Shown: piece after piece, positions 29,366-39,349 of the stretch
Numbering within the stretch: position 1 is the first letter of the stretch
How the letters are laid out: each line of letters opens with the position of its first letter
Assembly (NCBI GenBank): GCA_963771355.1
Contig: CAVYTA010000007.1
Location: 416,001 to 480,000, forward strand
Origin: an uncultured Candidatus Rokubacteria bacterium
GTDB lineage: Bacteria; Methylomirabilota; Methylomirabilia; Rokubacteriales; CSP1-6
Direction: 5' to 3'
Length of the DNA stretch: 64,000 nt
Program-made: the position numbers and the translations under genes
The notes under the pieces: generated by a model
Databases searched by the model: none
Told to the model about the DNA's origin: nothing
The model's input: the letters and a program-made list of their open reading frames with translations, nothing else

Positions 29366-32300
29366 CTATTCGGTCTCGTGCAGCCAGAAAGTCATGTTCA
29401 TCGCGCGGTAGAGGTCGCGTGCTGCCGCGACCGCTGACGCGGCAGAATCAGCGTCGCCCGTTCGCCGATGGAGGCGACCGAGGCCGTGGTGACAGTGCCC
29501 CTGGAGCGGTCGCATTCCGAGCTGCTCGGCGAGAGTGAGGGCCTTGCGGTAGCCCTCCTCGGCCCGGTCGAAGGCCGGCGCCTCGCGCTCGATCTCGATC
29601 GAGGCAAGGAGCCGGAGGGCATGCGCCTCGTGTCCACGCTCGTGGTGTTCCTGTGCGAGGTCGAGGGCCTTGGCCGCGAGCGGGAATGCGCTCTCGGGCC
29701 GCCCGGCCCTGACATGCGCCTCGGCGAGCCGCACCAGCCGGATCGACTGATTAGCCTTCAGTTTCATGGCCGCCGCCCGCTCGACCGACCCCTCGAGCAA
29801 CGGCAGCGCCTCAACTAGGCGGCCGGCGTGAGTGTATGCCGCTCCCAAAGCCGAGGCGACGAATGGCCACGCCCCCGTGCGGGGCTCACCCGCCTCGCGG
29901 GACACACCGCGCTCCAGGACGGCGACGGCGCGATCGAAGTCCCCTTTGGCCACGCAGACGTTGCCGAGGCCCGCGCACCCGAGGACGAAGCTAAAGCCCG
30001 GGTCCCCAATCTCGGCGATCTGGAGCGCCTCCTCACCGAGCGCCAGTCCCTCGTCGAATTCCCCCCGCTCGGCTAGGCACAGCGCCAGCCAGACCCGGGA
30101 GAGGACGGAGGGCAACGCGGCCATATTGTGGTAACGGTCCTGCAACAGGTCGCCGACGAGGAGCTCGACGTTCTTTCGCAGGTAGTCCACGGCTCGCGAA
30201 TACTGGCCGAGCGAGTGGTGGGCCTGACCGAGCCGGAAGTTGGCGATGACCCCGACAGCAAAGTTCCAACCGAACATGGCGGGGGACGCGGCTAGCTCCC
30301 GTTGGGCCGCCCTGACGGCATGCTCGTGGTCGCCCATCCACCAGGCCGCGCCTGGGTTGTCCCCGCCCGTGAAGAGGCTGACGTACCCGTCCAGGGTCGG
30401 CAGATCGCTGCCACGCAGGTAGGCCACGGCGCGGTCCCACACCTCTCCACGGAAGGCATGCAGGATGAGCCAGCTCGTCTGCTCCCCCGCACGCCCTGGA
30501 TACAAGGTCTCGAAAGCCCGAACGATCCGGGCGTGCAGAACGCGTCGACGCTCCTGGAGCAGACCGCCGTAGGCCACCTCCTGGGTCAGCGCGTGCTTGA
30601 ACGTGTACTCCAGCTCGGGGAAGAGGGCAGTTTCGTAGAGGAACTCGGAAGCCAGGAGCCGTGCGAGGCCATGCGCGAAGGGTCTCCTCCGAGGTGTCAC
30701 TGATGGCCTCCAGAATCGCGAACGGCACGTCCTTGCCGATCACGGCCGCCGTCTGGAGCAGCGTCTTATCCTCGGGAGAGAGGCGATCGATCCGTGCGGC
30801 GAGGATGGCCTGCACCGTGGCCGGCACCTGGATGGTGTCGAAGGGGCGCCCCAGTCGATAGCCGCCGCGTTCGCCGGCGAGCGCCCCAGTCTCCACGAGC
30901 GTTCGCACGCTCTCCTCGAGAAAGAACGGGATTCCCTCGGTGCGCTCGACCAGCAGGCGCTTGAGCGGCTCGAGGTCGTCGTCCTCGCCGAGCAGCGAGC
31001 GGAGCAACTCCTCCGCGCTCTCGGGCGGCAGGGGGTCGAGCCGGAGCTGGCTGTAGTAGGTCTTGCCTCCCCAGCCATGGCTGGTACTCGGGCCGGTAAT
31101 TGACCAGCAGGAGGATTCGCGCCGTCGGCAGGCTCTCGACCAGCGCGTCGAGCAGTCCCTGGGTCTCGGCATCCACCCAGTGGAGATCCTCGAACACCAG
31201 ACACAGCGGCTGGATCTGGCTCTCACGCAGCAGCATCCGCCGCACGCCGTCCACGGTCCGCCGGCGGCGTTGCGCCGGGATCGAGGGCATCCCATGCCGC
31301 GTCGTCGCTCGGCACCTCGAGGAGAGAGAGGAAGGCCGGCACCATCGCGCGAAACGACTCGTCGAGCGTCAGGAGCTTGCCCGTGACCTTCTCCCGTATG
31401 CTGCGCGCATCGTCACGCGCCTCGATCCGGAAGTAGCTCTTGCAGCAGATCGATGACGGGCAGATAGGCGCTGGCCTTGCCGTAAGAGAAGGAGCTCGAC
31501 TCGAGGACGAGCCAGTCCTGGGTCCGGTGTGAATGGATGAACTCCCAGAGCAAGCGCGACTTCCCCACCCCGGGCTCGCCCACCACGGCCACGATCTGCC
31601 CGTGACCCCCTGCCGCCTTGTCGAGAGCCTGGCGGAGATGGACGAGCTCCTGGCCGCGCCCCACGAAGCGGGTGAGCCCTCGCGCGGCCGCCGCCTGAAG
31701 GCGCGTGCGCGTCGCCGATGGCCCCGCCAGCTCGAAGACATCGACCGGGCGCCGCACAGCCCCTTGACCGGGATCGGGCCGATCGGGATCGACCTGGACG
31801 AACCCCTCGGCGAGCCGCAGCGTCTCGCCGGTCAGCCGCGATCGAGCCCGGGGTCGCGAGCTGCTCCATCCGCGCGGCGAGGTGCGTGGTCTGGCCCACC
31901 GCCGAGTAATCCATGCGCAGATCGCTCCCGATCGTCCGCACCACCACCTCGCCGGAGTTGAGGCCCACCCGGATCTGGACCTCGATGCCGTGGTCGCGCC
32001 GGACCTCGGCCGTGTAGCGGTGGATGGCCTGCTGCATCGCCAGGGCGGCGTAGCACGCGCGGACGGCGTGGTCCTCGTGGGCCAGTGGGGCGCCGAAGAG
32101 CGCCATGATGCCATCGCCCATCACCTGGTTGACGGTGCCCTCGTAGCGGTGCACCGCCTCCATCATGCGCTCGAGGACAGGATCCAGGAGCTTGCGCGCC
32201 TCCTCCGGGTCCCGATCGCTGAGCAGTTCGAGGGAGCCCTTGATGTCGGCAAACAGCACCGTCACCTGCTTGCGCTCCCCCTCGAGGGCGTGGCGGGATG

Positions 32301-32535
32301 TGAGGATCTTCTCGGCTAGGTAGCGAGGGGTATAGCTTTGCGGGGATACAGGCGCCGGCAGGGCGGCAGACGCCGCCGCTACCGGCTTACCACACTCGTT
32401 GCAGAAGCGGCCGCCCGGGAGGGTGGGATGCCCGCACGCGGGACACACCGACTCCAGACGCCCGCCGCAGCCGCTGCAGAACTTGGCGCCCGGGGGATTT
32501 TCCTGCCGGCATTGGGGGCAACTCATGTCGGCCAT
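29366..32535 (-). CDS. Double zinc ribbon - class III nucleotide cyclase - STAND ATPase - TPR protein, about 6 frameshifts
   Basis: Four CxxC, VLFADIKGS, MGDGIMALFG, GEPGVGKS, FEDLHWVD, YTFKHALTQEVAY, TPR-like helices. Confidence 0.85.
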
Positions 32536-32581
32536 GCATCCGTGGGGCTCGCGGGCGCCTCGGACGAAGCGACGGCGCTCC

Positions 32582-32833
32582 CTACGAGCCTTCCTTCACT
32601 TCGACGATCTCGTCAGCCATGCCGCCGTGGGCCTCGCGGTGGACGGCCGCGGCCGCTTCCTTGCTCGGGGCTTCGACCAGACAGAACACCTTGCCGGTGC
32701 CCTCGTCGTACCAGTATCGGATGTAGTTCACGCCGTGCTTGCCTTGCACGGCGAGATCCTTCTTGTGGGCCTCGGCGGCCATCTGGGTCGTGAGGCCGTC
32801 GATCCTGTTGTGGACGTCCAGGTAAAGCGGCAT
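32582..32833 (-). CDS. DUF4242 / SCO4226-like metal-binding protein
   Basis: MPLYLDVH, AEAHKKDL, YWYDE..GKVFCLVEAP, VHREAHG. Confidence 0.85.
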   Translation of the reverse strand: MPLYLDVHNRIDGLTTQMAAEAHKKDLAVQGKHGVNYIRYWYDEGTGKVFCLVEAPSKEAAAAVHREAHGGMADEIVEVKEGS

Positions 32834-33084
32834 GGTTGGACACTTCCTCCTCTGGATCTCCTGGTTCCCGCCCGGTGGAGCGATGCTCCACGGCGACCCG
32901 GCATGTGTGGCAGGAAATGTATCGAGTCCGCAGCAGGGTGTCAAGCTGACCCGGGACGGCTGCGCCGGGGGCGAAGGCAGAGCGTGGTTGCCCGAGCGGC
33001 TGGGAAAGATCAAGGACAGGACTGCATCTACTCACTTCCAGCCAGCCCCGAACTAATGCTCGGAACGCGAATGATGGGTGACCG

Positions 33085-33200
33085 CTAACCCGTCGGATCT
33101 TGTCGAATGGTCAATCCAAGAAGGAGCCGACTGCGGGATCGTCCGACCCAAGGCTCGAACTTGGTCGCCTGCATGACCGGCAGATCGGCCGGCTTTTCGA
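33085..33200 (-). pseudogene. C-terminal remnant of an ABC substrate-binding protein (ABC_sub_bind type)
   Basis: EKPADLPVMQATKFE...LGLTI resembles the family C-terminus; no upstream body. Confidence 0.55.
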
Positions 33201-33617
33201 ACTTGAGAATTGCCGCCTCGAGCAGTGCCCCGATCTCCGCGTCGCACTCCCGCCGGGCCTTGGCCCTTCGCCACCAGCTCCGGGCGCCCGACTCCGGCCG
33301 GAGCACCCTTCCGGCGGGTGATCGGCGGGGTCGTGCGGTGACCGGGGCATGTCCGGGTCTCTCCCACGTCCCCCGTAGCAGGTGCACGTACGCAGTCCGG
33401 GCTGCCTGTGGATGTGACGCCTAGATCACTTGCGCGCGCGCCGCCGAAGCGTTCGCGCTCCTCCTTCTCCGCGGGAACAGGATCACGCGGCCGACGAGTA
33501 ACACGCTCCCCTTACCGAGTAGTAAGTCCCCCTCCTCAGTCGTTTGACGGAGACTCGTGTCCTACCCAGAGCGGATATTGCGCCGCCCGAGGCGTTCCTG
33601 CCTCGTCTCCTCACGCA

Positions 33618-33633
33618 GGGCACGACGTATGCA
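33618..33633 (+). promoter_or_regulatory. Sigma54 -24/-12 promoter candidate
   Basis: GGGCACGACGTATGCA, GG-N10-GC, about 100 bp before the ATG at 33731. Confidence 0.55.
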
Positions 33634-33730
33634 CTGCATGGACTCAGCGGAGGCGGATGCGGAGCAAGCTCCCCGTATCCAACGGGCTTAACCATCCCAC
33701 CATCCGGCACAGCCGGACTGGAGAACACTA

Positions 33731-34258
33731 ATGGCTGAGAAGGACTATCTGGCAACCCGACTCTTTACCGATCGCAGCAGTGCCGAGCGGGAGTATGACG
33801 CGCTGGTCGGGCGCGGCTACTCGGCGGACGACATCAACGTGATCATGACCGAGGAGGGCCGGAAGCGGCACTTCGGCACGGGCGCCACGACGGAGCTCGG
33901 CAACAAGGCCCTGGAGGGGGCGGGCGTCGGCGGCGGTATCGGCGTGGTCGCGGGAGGCGCCCTCGGGGCGATCGCCGCAGCGGCCACCGTGGCGGTACCC
34001 GGCCTGGGGCTGCTCGTCGCGGGACCGATTGCGGCCGCGCTGCTGGGAGCGGGCGCGGGCGGCGTCGCCGGAGGCGCCATCGGTGCGCTGGTGGGCGCAG
34101 GCATCCCCGAAGAGCGCGTCAAGAAGTACGAGAGTGGGCTGAAAGAGGGTGGCATCGTCATGGGCGTGACGCCGCGGACGCCGGAGGACCGGAGCTACTT
34201 CGATCGCGAGTGGGACAGCGATCGCTACGAGGCGGATCCGGCCCGCCGAGGGCGGTAA
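33731..34258 (+). CDS. General-stress-protein-like membrane protein with glycine zipper
   Basis: GYSADDINVIM, GAGVGGGIG, PGLGLLVAGPI, GIPEERVKKYE. Confidence 0.8.
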   Translation: MAEKDYLATRLFTDRSSAEREYDALVGRGYSADDINVIMTEEGRKRHFGTGATTELGNKALEGAGVGGGIGVVAGGALGAIAAAATVAVPGLGLLVAGPIAAALLGAGAGGVAGGAIGALVGAGIPEERVKKYESGLKEGGIVMGVTPRTPEDRSYFDREWDSDRYEADPARRGR

Positions 34259-34262
34259 GGCC

Positions 34263-34655
34263 ATGCGCGGGGTGACCGCCCTGACGCTGGCTCTGACCCT
34301 CGCGTGTTCGGCGATCCCGGCGGTGGCCCAGCAAAAGCCCGCCACCGACACCAAGAAGCCCGCCACCGACACCGCGCGTGACGCGGACTCGAAGCTGGGT
34401 GCTCGAAGTGTGACGGGGACGGTAAAGAAGACGACGGACAAGGGATTCGTGGTGGTCGGCCGTGAGACCGGTCAGCGCGAGGCCGGTCAGAAGGATCGAG
34501 AGTGGGCCTTCGTCTTCGATGACGCCACTCGAATCAACGCGGACGGAAAGGCGCGGACCGCAAAAGAGCTTCGGGAGGGCGAGCCCGTCACGGTGACCTA
34601 TACGAACCGGGACGGCAAGATCGTCGCCCAGAGCGTCAAAGTCAATCCCAAGTAG
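34263..34655 (+). CDS. Exported small beta-barrel (OB-fold/DUF5666-like) protein
   Basis: Signal peptide, SVTGTVK...LREGEPVTVTY...VAQSVKV; KPATDT duplicated at 34335-34373. Confidence 0.7.
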   Translation: MRGVTALTLALTLACSAIPAVAQQKPATDTKKPATDTARDADSKLGARSVTGTVKKTTDKGFVVVGRETGQREAGQKDREWAFVFDDATRINADGKARTAKELREGEPVTVTYTNRDGKIVAQSVKVNPK

Positions 34656-34668
34656 CGGGCAGCGGCGC

Positions 34669-34706
34669 GGGGCTCCTCCGTCCGCACATGCGGAGGAGCC
34701 CCTTTT
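34669..34706 (+). terminator. Rho-independent terminator
   Basis: 12-bp stem ggggctcctccg/cggaggagcccc followed by tttt. Confidence 0.85.
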
Positions 34707-34807
34707 CGGCCAGGTCCGGAGTCACCTTTCCGCGACGTCCGCCGCGGAGCCTCAGCCTATCGTGGCCCATGGCGCGCGTGGTATACGGTAGGCGGCGGAG
34801 GTGGCCG

Positions 34808-36340
34808 ATGAAGCTCGCCCTGGCACCGCTCCTCGTCCTGTGCGCCCTGCTCGCCAGCGGCCCTGACGCGCCCGCGCGCGCTCAGCCCGTCCGGCCCGAC
34901 GGCGAGATGCGGTGGGCGCTCTACCTGACGCTCTCCCCGAACTGGTTCGACCCCGGGGAGGCGGTGGGGCAGCTCACGCCGTTCTGGGTTCTCTATGCCC
35001 TGCACGACGCCCTCATCAAGCCCCTGCCGGGAAACCTGATGGCGCCGAACCTGGCCGAGTCCTGGACGGTGAGTGCGGACGGGAAGACCTACGAGTTCAA
35101 GCTGCGCGAGGGCCTCAAGTTCCACAACGGCGATCCCTTCACCGCCGAGGACGTGAAGTTCAGCTTCCACCGCGCCCGGGCGAAGGCCATCCAGGACCGG
35201 GTGCGCGATGTCGTGGTCGCGGGCCCGCATCGGGTGCGGTTCATGCTGCACGAGCCCTGGCCCGACTTCCTCACCTATTACGGGAGCCTCGTCTCCGGCG
35301 CTGGGTGGGTGGTGCCCAAGAAGTACGTCGAGCAGGTGGGCGCGGACGGCTTCAAGCGGAACCCGGTTGGCCTGGGACCCTACCGCTTCGTGAGCCATAC
35401 CCCGGGCGTCGAGCTGGTCATGGAGGCCAACGAGGGCTACTGGCGGAAGGTCCCCTCGGTGAAGCGTCTCGTCTGGAAGATGGTGCCGGAGGCGACCACC
35501 CGGGCGGCCATGCTGAAGCGCGGCGAAGTGGACATCGCGCACCTCCTCGAGGTGCCGCAGGCCCAGGAGATCAAGCGCGATCCCAATCTCCGGATCGCGT
35601 TCTCCGGGGGCATCGCGATCTTCTACCTGGATTTCTTCGAGCAGTGGGATCCCAAGTCGCCCTGGCACGATCGGCGTGTGCGGCTGGCCGCCAACTACGC
35701 GATCGACCGGAAGGCGCTCAGCGAGGCCGAGACGCTTGGGGCGTCCCGGCCCGCCGGCAACTTCGTGCCGCGCTCCTTCGAGTTCGCGCTGCCCATCGAG
35801 CCGTATCCCTACGATCCCGCGAAGGCGAAGGCGCTCCTCGCCGAGGCCGGCTATCCGAACGGCTTCGACGCGGGCGAGTTCCACCAGCTCCCGCCCTACT
35901 TCTCCCTCGGGGAGGCGATCATCGGCTATTTTCAGGCGGTCGGGATCCGGATGCGCATGCGGCCGATGGAGCGGGCGGCCTTCCTCGCCGCCGTCCAGTC
36001 CAAGAAGCTCAAGGGCGTCTGCGTCTGCTCGAGCGCGCTCTACGGCAACGCGGCCTCGCGTCTGTCGGAGGTCTTGCCGAGCGACGGCGCGTTCGCGTAT
36101 GGCGGGTACCCCGACCTGGACGCCCTCTACAAGCAGCAGGCCCGCGAGACGGACCGGGCCAAGCGGGAGGCCCTGCTCCACCAGATCCAGCGGCTCATCC
36201 ACGAGCGCGTGCGCATGGGGCCCATCTTCGAGTACGTCTGGCCGAGCGGGATCGGGCCCCGGGTGGCGGAGCCCGCCCTCATGCTGATCGATCCCTATCC
36301 CTGGTCGGCGCCGCTCGACGACGTGCGGCTGAAGAAGTAG
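34808..36340 (+). CDS. ABC substrate-binding protein family 5 (peptide/nickel type), orphan
   Basis: LAESWTVSADG, LREGLKFHNGDPFTAEDVKFS, GLGPYRF, AEAGYPNGF. Confidence 0.93.
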   Translation: MKLALAPLLVLCALLASGPDAPARAQPVRPDGEMRWALYLTLSPNWFDPGEAVGQLTPFWVLYALHDALIKPLPGNLMAPNLAESWTVSADGKTYEFKLREGLKFHNGDPFTAEDVKFSFHRARAKAIQDRVRDVVVAGPHRVRFMLHEPWPDFLTYYGSLVSGAGWVVPKKYVEQVGADGFKRNPVGLGPYRFVSHTPGVELVMEANEGYWRKVPSVKRLVWKMVPEATTRAAMLKRGEVDIAHLLEVPQAQEIKRDPNLRIAFSGGIAIFYLDFFEQWDPKSPWHDRRVRLAANYAIDRKALSEAETLGASRPAGNFVPRSFEFALPIEPYPYDPAKAKALLAEAGYPNGFDAGEFHQLPPYFSLGEAIIGYFQAVGIRMRMRPMERAAFLAAVQSKKLKGVCVCSSALYGNAASRLSEVLPSDGAFAYGGYPDLDALYKQQARETDRAKREALLHQIQRLIHERVRMGPIFEYVWPSGIGPRVAEPALMLIDPYPWSAPLDDVRLKK

Positions 36341-36351
36341 CGCGGCGACCG

Positions 36352-36747
36352 TCAGGCGCAGCCCACCCGCGGCGCGCCCGGGGCGCGGCGGGGCACCAGC
36401 GTGCAGGCGAAGGTCGCGGGCTGGCGTCGATACTGATCGAGCGTGGCCTGGAGCCGCGCGAGGGTCCGCTCGCGCTTCGCCAGGCCGATCCCATAGATCG
36501 CCAGGTCGTTCACGAGCCGGACGTAGAACGCGTGGGGCGCATCGCCGCCCGCGCCCATGCAGGGGGTCGGCTTCTGGGCGAGCCGCAGCTGGGGACCGAA
36601 CGCCGTCACGTACTCCGTCAGGACCGGGGCGTCCCGGAGGTCGCGAGGCACCTCGGGGAAGAGGGTCAGGAACTCATCGACGCTCAGCGGCGTGGTGGCC
36701 GCCCGGGCGCAACCCTCGAGCTCCCGCGAGAGGCGAATCTGGACCAT
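36352..36747 (-). CDS. Hypothetical protein (4 Cys, ends GCA)
   Basis: Protein-like composition, fills the gap between genes, TATACT 8 nt before ATG. Confidence 0.65.
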   Translation of the reverse strand: MVQIRLSRELEGCARAATTPLSVDEFLTLFPEVPRDLRDAPVLTEYVTAFGPQLRLAQKPTPCMGAGGDAPHAFYVRLVNDLAIYGIGLAKRERTLARLQATLDQYRRQPATFACTLVPRRAPGAPRVGCA

Positions 36748-36809
36748 GGCTAGCTAGTATAGCCCGCCGAGACCGGGTGGGCGGTGGATGAGTGCAGGGC
36801 GGCGCCGGC

Positions 36810-37655
36810 TCAGGTCGCCGCCCGCGTGCCCCCGTAGGCCTCGCTGGGGCCGATCACGCTGTCCTCGAAGATCAGCTTCGCGCGCTTGTCGGTGATGCGC
36901 GCCCAGTTGGCCAGGGCAGTGGGACTCCACTCCGCGTCGGGGCGCGGCTCATCGTCGAAGTTGCCGAAAGTATCGACCCCGCGCAGGAGCATGGTGGACT
37001 GGCGCACGCGAGGCGGCTTGGCCCAGGTGGGCAGCATCTCCACCAGGAGGAGGAAGCGGCGGTCCGGGCCGAGGTTGGTCCCCGAGCTGTGGATGAGCGA
37101 GTTGTCGAACATCACCATCTCGCCCGGCTGGAGCTCGAAGTCCACCGCCTTGGATTGATCGAACGGCTCGATGATGGACTGGCCGCGGGCGAGGATGCTC
37201 TTGGGATCGTCGCTCTCGTCGTGCTTGAGGACGCCCCACTGGTGGGAGCCGGGGACGCCCCGGAGGCACCCCTGTCGCACGCCGCACTCCGACAGGGCGA
37301 GCCCGCCGAGCACAACCGGGGTGGCGGCCCCATAGGCCGAATCCTGGTGCCACCCGGCGAAGGTCTGGCCGTCGGCCTTCTTCACGCGCCAGGCCATGCT
37401 CCAGCAGCGGATGTTCGGACCGATGAGGTCCTCGAAGATGTCGAGGATATGGGGGTCTTCCGCGATCTCGAGCACCCAGGGGCAGAGGAGATGCGACTTG
37501 GTCTTCATCTTCTTGATGTCGGGGACCCGCGCCTCCAGCGCTTCGAACTGCTCCCGGTAGTGGCGCGCGCGCTCGGCGCTCATGGCGCGCACCGGCGAGA
37601 GACAGCCGTCGCGCTCGTACGTGCTGACCTGCGCCTCCGTCAGGACCTTGGGCAT
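36810..37655 (-). CDS. Phytanoyl-CoA dioxygenase (PhyH) family Fe/2OG enzyme
   Basis: WHQD, GCLRGVPGSH, IHSSGTN..DRR. Confidence 0.92.
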   Translation of the reverse strand: MPKVLTEAQVSTYERDGCLSPVRAMSAERARHYREQFEALEARVPDIKKMKTKSHLLCPWVLEIAEDPHILDIFEDLIGPNIRCWSMAWRVKKADGQTFAGWHQDSAYGAATPVVLGGLALSECGVRQGCLRGVPGSHQWGVLKHDESDDPKSILARGQSIIEPFDQSKAVDFELQPGEMVMFDNSLIHSSGTNLGPDRRFLLLVEMLPTWAKPPRVRQSTMLLRGVDTFGNFDDEPRPDAEWSPTALANWARITDKRAKLIFEDSVIGPSEAYGGTRAAT

Positions 37656-37749
37656 GGGGTCAACCTCCTCCCGGGATGCTGCCCTCCAGGGCCGAGAAGG
37701 TCAAGGGGGCCCTGTGATAAGGTGGCGGCGGCCGAAAGGAGGCCCACTT

Positions 37750-39318
37750 ATGTCTCAGACCCCGGATCTTTGGCGCGGTGCGCTCCTTCTCCTCCTGACC
37801 GTCCTCGCGTTCCCTCTGGCGGCCGGGGCGGCCCCGGCGGGCAAGGTGGTCATCGCCCAGGGCGTGGATCCGTCCACGCTGGACATGATGAATCAGTCGG
37901 AGCAGCCGGCCTCCAATGTGGGCGCCCAGATGTTCGACATGCTGGTGGCGCGGGATCAGAGCCTGGCCCTGGTCCCGGAGCTCGCCGCCGAGCTCCCGAA
38001 GCTGGTGGCGCCCACGACCTGGGAGATCAAGCTGCGCCGGGGCGTGAAATTTCACAACGGCGAGGATTTCGACGCCGAGTCCGTGAAGTTCAGCCTCGAG
38101 CGGCTGAGCAATCCCGCCAACAAGCTCCGGGGCGCGCCGTCCTTCGGCCTCCTCGACCGGGTCGAGATCGTGGACCGGTACACGGTGCGCGTGCACACCA
38201 AGAAGCCGTGGCCGGTATTCGTCGCCCACCTGACCCTCCGGAGCGCCTCGATGTACCCGCCCAAGGAGTACGCGGGCAAGGATTCTGCGGCGATCTCGAA
38301 GAACCCGATCGGCACCGGCCCCTATCGGTTCGTGCGCTGGTCGAAGGACGAAGAGATCGTGATGGAGGCGTTCCCGGGGCACTTCCGGGGCGCGCCCGCC
38401 ATCAAGACGGTGGTCTTCCGGCCCATTCCCGACGACGCGGTGCGGGTGGCCGCCCTCCAGAACGGTGAGATCGACGTGGCGGTGAATATCCCGCCCCATC
38501 TGGCCCGCATCATCGAGAACCACCCCAAGCTCTTCCTGAGCACGGCGCCGTCCATCCGGACCATCCAGCTCATGATCTACACCCATCAGATGGACGCTAA
38601 CCACAAGGTAACGGGGCCCTACGCCGGGCCCACGGTCGACAAGCGCGTGCGCCAGGCCATGGTCTCCGCGGTGGACGTCGACGAGATCATCAAGGGCGTG
38701 ATGGACGGCAAGGCCGTCCGGGTCTCCACCATGCTGACCAGCCTGCACTTCGGCTTCGACCCCACGCTCAAGCCGATCAAGCATGATCCGGCCCGGACCA
38801 AGAAGCTCCTGACCGAGGCCGGGTTCCCCAACGGCGTGGATATCGTGCTCAACGGCCCCCAGGGGCGCTACGTGCGGGACAAGGAAGTCGCGGAAGCCGT
38901 GGCCGGCCAGCTCACCAAGGCCGGCATCCGCACCACGCTGCGGACGCACGAGTTCGTCAACTACCTCAACAACATGGTGTACGTGCACAAGGCCGGGCCG
39001 GTATGGCTGATCGGCTGGGGGCATCCGACCATGGATGCGGAGGCGATCTACGTGCCGCTGTTCAAGTCGCCGGGCCTCTTCGTCAACTGGCACAACGACG
39101 ACTTCAACGGCATGACGGAGGAGGCGCAGTCGCAGATGGACGAGAAGAAGCGCCTCGCCCAGTACCACAAGATCAACAAGCTCTGGGTGGAGGAGACGCC
39201 CGCGGTGCCCCTCTATCAGCAGATCGACCTGTACGGCGCCAACCGGCGGCTGGCCTGGAAGGCGCGCAGCGACGAGTTGATCCGCGCCTACGACATGGCG
39301 CTCAAGGACGGGAAGTAG
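37750..39318 (+). CDS. ABC substrate-binding protein family 5
   Basis: LRRGVKFHNGEDFDAESVKFS, PIGTGPYRF, EAGFPNG. Confidence 0.93.
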   Translation: MSQTPDLWRGALLLLLTVLAFPLAAGAAPAGKVVIAQGVDPSTLDMMNQSEQPASNVGAQMFDMLVARDQSLALVPELAAELPKLVAPTTWEIKLRRGVKFHNGEDFDAESVKFSLERLSNPANKLRGAPSFGLLDRVEIVDRYTVRVHTKKPWPVFVAHLTLRSASMYPPKEYAGKDSAAISKNPIGTGPYRFVRWSKDEEIVMEAFPGHFRGAPAIKTVVFRPIPDDAVRVAALQNGEIDVAVNIPPHLARIIENHPKLFLSTAPSIRTIQLMIYTHQMDANHKVTGPYAGPTVDKRVRQAMVSAVDVDEIIKGVMDGKAVRVSTMLTSLHFGFDPTLKPIKHDPARTKKLLTEAGFPNGVDIVLNGPQGRYVRDKEVAEAVAGQLTKAGIRTTLRTHEFVNYLNNMVYVHKAGPVWLIGWGHPTMDAEAIYVPLFKSPGLFVNWHNDDFNGMTEEAQSQMDEKKRLAQYHKINKLWVEETPAVPLYQQIDLYGANRRLAWKARSDELIRAYDMALKDGK

Positions 39319-39349
39319 GGGAATGCCGCATCCACCGCGAGGAGAGCCC

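Noticed and set aside
26550..31860. Programmed ribosomal frameshifting
   Set aside because: Too many shifts in unrelated enzyme genes and no consistent slippery motifs.
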